Below, one piece after another: positions 59,561-64,000 of a stretch of 64,000 bases of DNA (position 1 is the stretch's first letter; each line of letters begins with the position of its first letter). The DNA comes from Felis catus. Taxonomy: Eukaryota. A program made the position numbers and the translations under genes. The notes below the pieces were generated by a model, which searched no databases, had not been told where the DNA came from, and worked only from the letters and a program-made list of their open reading frames with translations. The DNA lies in NCBI RefSeq assembly GCF_018350175.1, contig NC_058368.1:213654001-213718000 (forward strand), written 5' to 3'.

Positions 59561-62103
59561 AGAATGTATTCAAACTTAAGTTGCTACCAACTTAAAATAG
59601 ACTATATGTAAGCTTTATGGTAACCAACAAGCAAAACCCTATAGTAGATAAACAAAAAATAATGAGAAAAGAATCTAAACATATCACTAAGAAAAGTCAT
59701 CAAACCTCAAAGGAAGAGAGTAAGAAAAGAAGAAACACAGGAGCTACAAAATGGCCAAAAAACAATGAACAAAATGGTAATTAGTACATACCTATCAATA
59801 ACTGCCTTAAATTTAAATGTACTAAATTCTCCAAAAGATACAGACTGTCTGAGTGAATAAAAAATAAGACCCATGATATGTTGCCTATAGGAAATTTACT
59901 TCAGATATAAGGACACATACAGTCTAATAGTGAAGGATGGAAAAAGATATTCCATGCAAATGGAAACCAAAAGAAAGCTGGGGTAACTATATTCATATCA
60001 GATAAAATAGACTTTAAAACAACTGAAATAAGAGACAAAGAAGGGAATTATATATTGATACAGAGGTCAAACAAGAGATACAACATTAGTAATATTTATG
60101 CACACAACATAGAGGCACCTAACTATATAAAGCAAATATTAATAGATCTAATGGGAGAAATAGACAATAATACAATAATAGTAGGGGACTTTAACACCTC
60201 ATTTACATCAATGGATAAATTATGCAGATAGAAAATCAGTAATAAAACATCAGTTTTAAATAACACATTATATCAGATGACTTAACAGATATACACATAA
60301 CATTCCATCCAAAAATAACACAAACACATTCTTCTCAAGTGCAAGTGGAACATTCTCCAGTAGAGATAACACATAGGCCAGAAAACAGCCTTAAAAAATT
60401 TTAAGACTGAAATCATAGCAAGCATCTTTTCTGACCAAATGGTATGAAACTAGAAATCAATTACAAAAATAAAATTTAAAATTCACTGGAAAATAAGGGG
60501 AGACTAAACAACCAATGGGTCACTAAACAACCAATGTCACTAAACAACCAATGGGTCAATAAGAAATCAAAAGCAAAATTTAAAAAAAGAAAAAAACCCT
60601 CAAGACTAATGGAAATGGAAATGCAACATACCAAAACTTATGGGATGCAGGTAAAGGACTTTTAAGAGGAAAGTTCATAGCAATAAATGCCTACCTCAAA
60701 AAACAAGAAAAATCTCAAATAACCTAACTTTTCACCTCAAGGAACTAGAAATAGAAGAACAAATGAAGCCCAAAGTAGTAGAGGGAAGAAAATAAAACAG
60801 ATAATGAGCAGAAATTAATGAAATAGAGACTAAACAAACAATACAAAGGATTAAGGAAATCAACAGCTGGTTCTTTGAAAGGATAAGCAAAACAGAAAGA
60901 AGGCATTACCACTGATACCAGAGAAATAGATGAGATCACTAGGAAAAATGATATGCAACAAATTGGACAACCTAGAAGAAACATAAATTCCTAGAAACAT
61001 GCAATCTTTTGAGACTGAATCATGATGAAATAGAAAATCTAAACAGACCAATTATTAGTAAGGTGATTGAATCACTAGTTTTAAAACTCCCCATAGACAT
61101 AAGTCCGTGACCAAATAGCTTCACTGGTGAATTCTATCAAACATTCAAAGAAGAATTAATACCAATCCTTCTTGAACTCTTCCAAAAAACAGAAGAGGAG
61201 GGAACACTTCCAAACTTATTTTACCAGGCAAGCATTATCCTGATACTAAAACCAGACAGACACTACAAGAGAAGAAAATTATAGGCCAATCCTTGGTGAA
61301 CATAGATGCAAAAATCCTCACCAAAATATTAGCAGACCAAATTCAACAATACATTAAAAGAATCATCAAGTGGGATTAAGTGGGATTTATTCCAGGAATG
61401 CAAGGGTGATTCTACATCCACAAATCAATCAAGGTGATACACTACATTAACAAAATAAAGGGTAAAAATCACATATGATCATCTCAATAGATGCAGAAAA
61501 AAACATTTGACAGAATTTAACAACCATTTATGATAAAAACTCTCAACAAAGTGTATATAGAGGGAATGTGCCTCAACATAATAAAAGCCATAAATAGCAA
61601 GCCTGCAGCTAACATCAGTGTTTTAATGGTGAAATCTATAAGTGTTTCCTCTTAGATCAGAAACAAGACAAGGATGCTCTCTGATACCACTTTTATTAAA
61701 CACAGTATTAGAGTCCCTAGCCATAGCAATCAGGCAAGAAAAAGAAATAAAAGGTATCCAAATTGGCTAAATAAAAAAAAAAAAAAAAAGTAAAACTGTC
61801 AACTATTTGCAGATGACATGATACTATACATAGAAAGCCCTAAATAAAGACTGTCAGAATTAGTAAATAAATTGAGTAAAGCTGCAGGATACAAAATCAA
61901 TATGCAGAAATCTGTTGTATTTCTATCTACTAGTAACAAACTATCAGAAAAAGAAATTTGAAAAATAATCCCATTTATAATTGCATCACAAGAATAAAAT
62001 ATCAAGGAATATATTTAATCAAGGAAGTGAAAGACTTGCACACTGAAAAGTATTTGGCATTGATGAAATAAACTGAAGAAGACACAAATAAAGGAAAAGC
62101 TGT

Positions 62104-62225
62104 GGGTGCCTGCGTGGCTCAGTCGGTTGAGTATCCGACTCTTGATTTTGGCTCAGGTCATGTTCCCAGGGTCATGGGATCAAGCCCCACGTTGGGCTCT
62201 GCACTGAGTGTAGAGTCTGCTTGGG

Positions 62226-62260
<35 letters not shown>

Positions 62261-62346
62261 CTCTCTCTCCTTCCCTCCCTCCCTCTGCCCCTCTTCCTGA
62301 CTTGTGTGCTCTCTCTAAAATAAAAAAAATAAAATACATAAAAAAA
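62104..62346 (+). mobile_element. CAN-SINE in L1 ORF2
   Basis: SINEC head, CT tract, A tail. Confidence 0.93.
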
Positions 62347-62454
62347 GAAAAGACATTCTGTGCTCATGGACTGGAAGAATCAATATTGATAAGATGTCCA
62401 TACTACCCAAGCAATCTACAAATTCAATAAATCTCTATCAAAATTCCAATGGCA

Positions 62455-62646
62455 GGGCACCTAAGTGGCTCAGGTGATTAAGCATCTGACTCTTGATTTT
62501 GGCTCAGGTCATGATCTCTTGGTAGTGAGACAGAGCCCTGCATCAGTATCCACAATGAGCATGGAGCATGGTTGGGAATCTCTCCCTCTCTCTCTGCTCC
62601 TCCCCATTCATGCTTTCTCTCAAAATAAATAAATAAACTTAAAAAA
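62455..62646 (+). mobile_element. CAN-SINE in L1 ORF2
   Basis: TSD aaaattccaatgg. Confidence 0.93.
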
Positions 62647-63489
62647 ATTCCAATGGTATTTTTCACAGACACAGAACAAACAACTCTAAGTACTAAGTAC
62701 TCTAAGTACTTTGGCTAGTCTGAGTAGCCAAAGCAATCTTGAGAAAGGAGAACAAAGCTGGAGGAATCACACTCCCTGATTTCAAACTATATTACAAACG
62801 TATAACAATCAAAACAGTGTGGTACTGGCATAAGAACAGACAAGTAGATCAGTGGAACAGAACAGAGAACCCAGAAATAAACCCACACATACATTGTCAA
62901 TTAATTCATGACAAAGGAGCCAAGAATATACAACGGGGAAAAGATAGTCTCTTCAATAAATGCTGTTGAGAAAATGGACAGCAACACAATATTGAAACTG
63001 GGCTACTATCTCATACCACACACAAAAATTAATTCAAAATAGATTAAAGACCTGAATATAAGACCTGAAACCATCCAAGAAGGAAATATAAGCAGTAAGC
63101 AACTTGACCTTGGTATTGGTAGTGATTTTTTGGATTTGACACCAAAAGCAAAGACAAACAAGAAGGACTACATCAAGCTAAAAAGCTTCTGCACATCAAA
63201 GGAAACCAGCAACAAAATGAAAAGATAACTTATTGGATGAGAGAAAATATCTGCAAATCATACATCTGATAAGGAGTTAATATCAAAAATATATAAAGAA
63301 CTCATAGAACTTAATACCAAAAAAAATAAAAATTTTTAAAGCTATTTTTAAAAATCCAATTAAGAAATGGGCAAATCTAAAAAGACATTTTTCCAAAGAA
63401 GACACAGATACATTAAAAGATGCTCAACATCACTAGTCACCAGATATATATATAGATCTATATCTATATCTATATCTAAGATATATATA

Positions 63490-63587
63490 TATTTTTAAGG
63501 TAGGCTCCATACCCAACATGGCACTTGAACTCATGACCCTGAGATTAAAGTAGCATGCTCTACCGAGTGAGCCAGCCAGGTACCCCC
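63490..63587 (-). mobile_element. Short old-type CAN-SINE in L1 ORF2 with AT-rich decayed tail (63443-63492)
   Basis: ttgaactcatgaccctgagattaa..gcatgctctaccga.tgagccagccagg. Confidence 0.85.
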
Positions 63588-64000
63588 ATCAGAGACATAC
63601 AATGCAAAGCCACAATGAGATAACATCTCACACCTGTCAGAATGGCTTTTTCCAAAGAGACAAGAAATAACAAGTATTAGAGAGGGTGTGAAGAAAAGAG
63701 AATCCTTGTGCACTGTCGGTAGAAATCTAAGTCGGTGCACCCACTCTGAAAAACAGTATAAAAGTTTCTCAAAAAATTTAAAATAGAAGTATCATAAGAT
63801 CCAACAATTCCAATTCTGGATATTCATCCAAAGAAAATAAAAACAGTAACTGAAAAGATACATACACCTGCATCTTCACTGCAGCATTATTTACAATAGC
63901 CATGATATGGAAACAATCTAAATGTCCATCAGTGGATGAATGGGTAAAGTAAATGTGGTGTGTATATACAACGAAATAGTACTCAGCCCTTTCAGAACCT

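Larger units (their letters stand above)
56180..64000 (+). mobile_element. Near full-length inactive L1 (5'UTR ~56180-57690, ORF1 ~57700-58890, ORF2 ~59775-63990), running off the window end
   Basis: ORF1-like (aaaacttccctaacct, ttcagcagaaactctgcaggccagaag); endonuclease-like (gtaggggactttaacacc); RT-like (ctatttgcagatgacatg = LFADDM); fragment [18 protein letters not shown] at 62739-62969; many stops and frameshifts. Confidence 0.95.

Overview
Mammalian genomic DNA, almost certainly from a felid: about 30 tRNA-derived CAN-SINEs are present, including near-consensus young cat-type SINEC_Fc copies. The only protein-coding sequence is the first coding exon of PDZD2 on the minus strand (exon 22187-21351, ATG at 21826, 476 coding nt, canonical AG/GT sites). 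Everything else is most likely PDZD2 intron, filled with SINEs, L1/L2/MIR remnants, MaLR and ERVL LTRs, hAT DNA-transposon fossils and microsatellites. I found no prokaryotic-type system and no convincing new gene. The most notable structures are: (i) a 170-bp, 4-mismatch inverted copy of unique sequence (49040-49209) pasted into a SINE about 1 kb away with template-switch scars; (ii) a GC box / perfect Kozak ATG / splice-donor cassette antisense to PDZD2 beside that source; (iii) a PDZD2 5'UTR exon with 8 upstream ATGs; (iv) a short polyadenylated retrocopy inside an L1; (v) a ~2.5-kb Charlie transposase fossil; (vi) an L1 with its 5' end fused to its 3' end; (vii) a two-LTR MaLR relic carrying a 65-bp VNTR. 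Repeat family names come from my recollection of consensus sequences, not from a search, and repeat boundaries are approximate.
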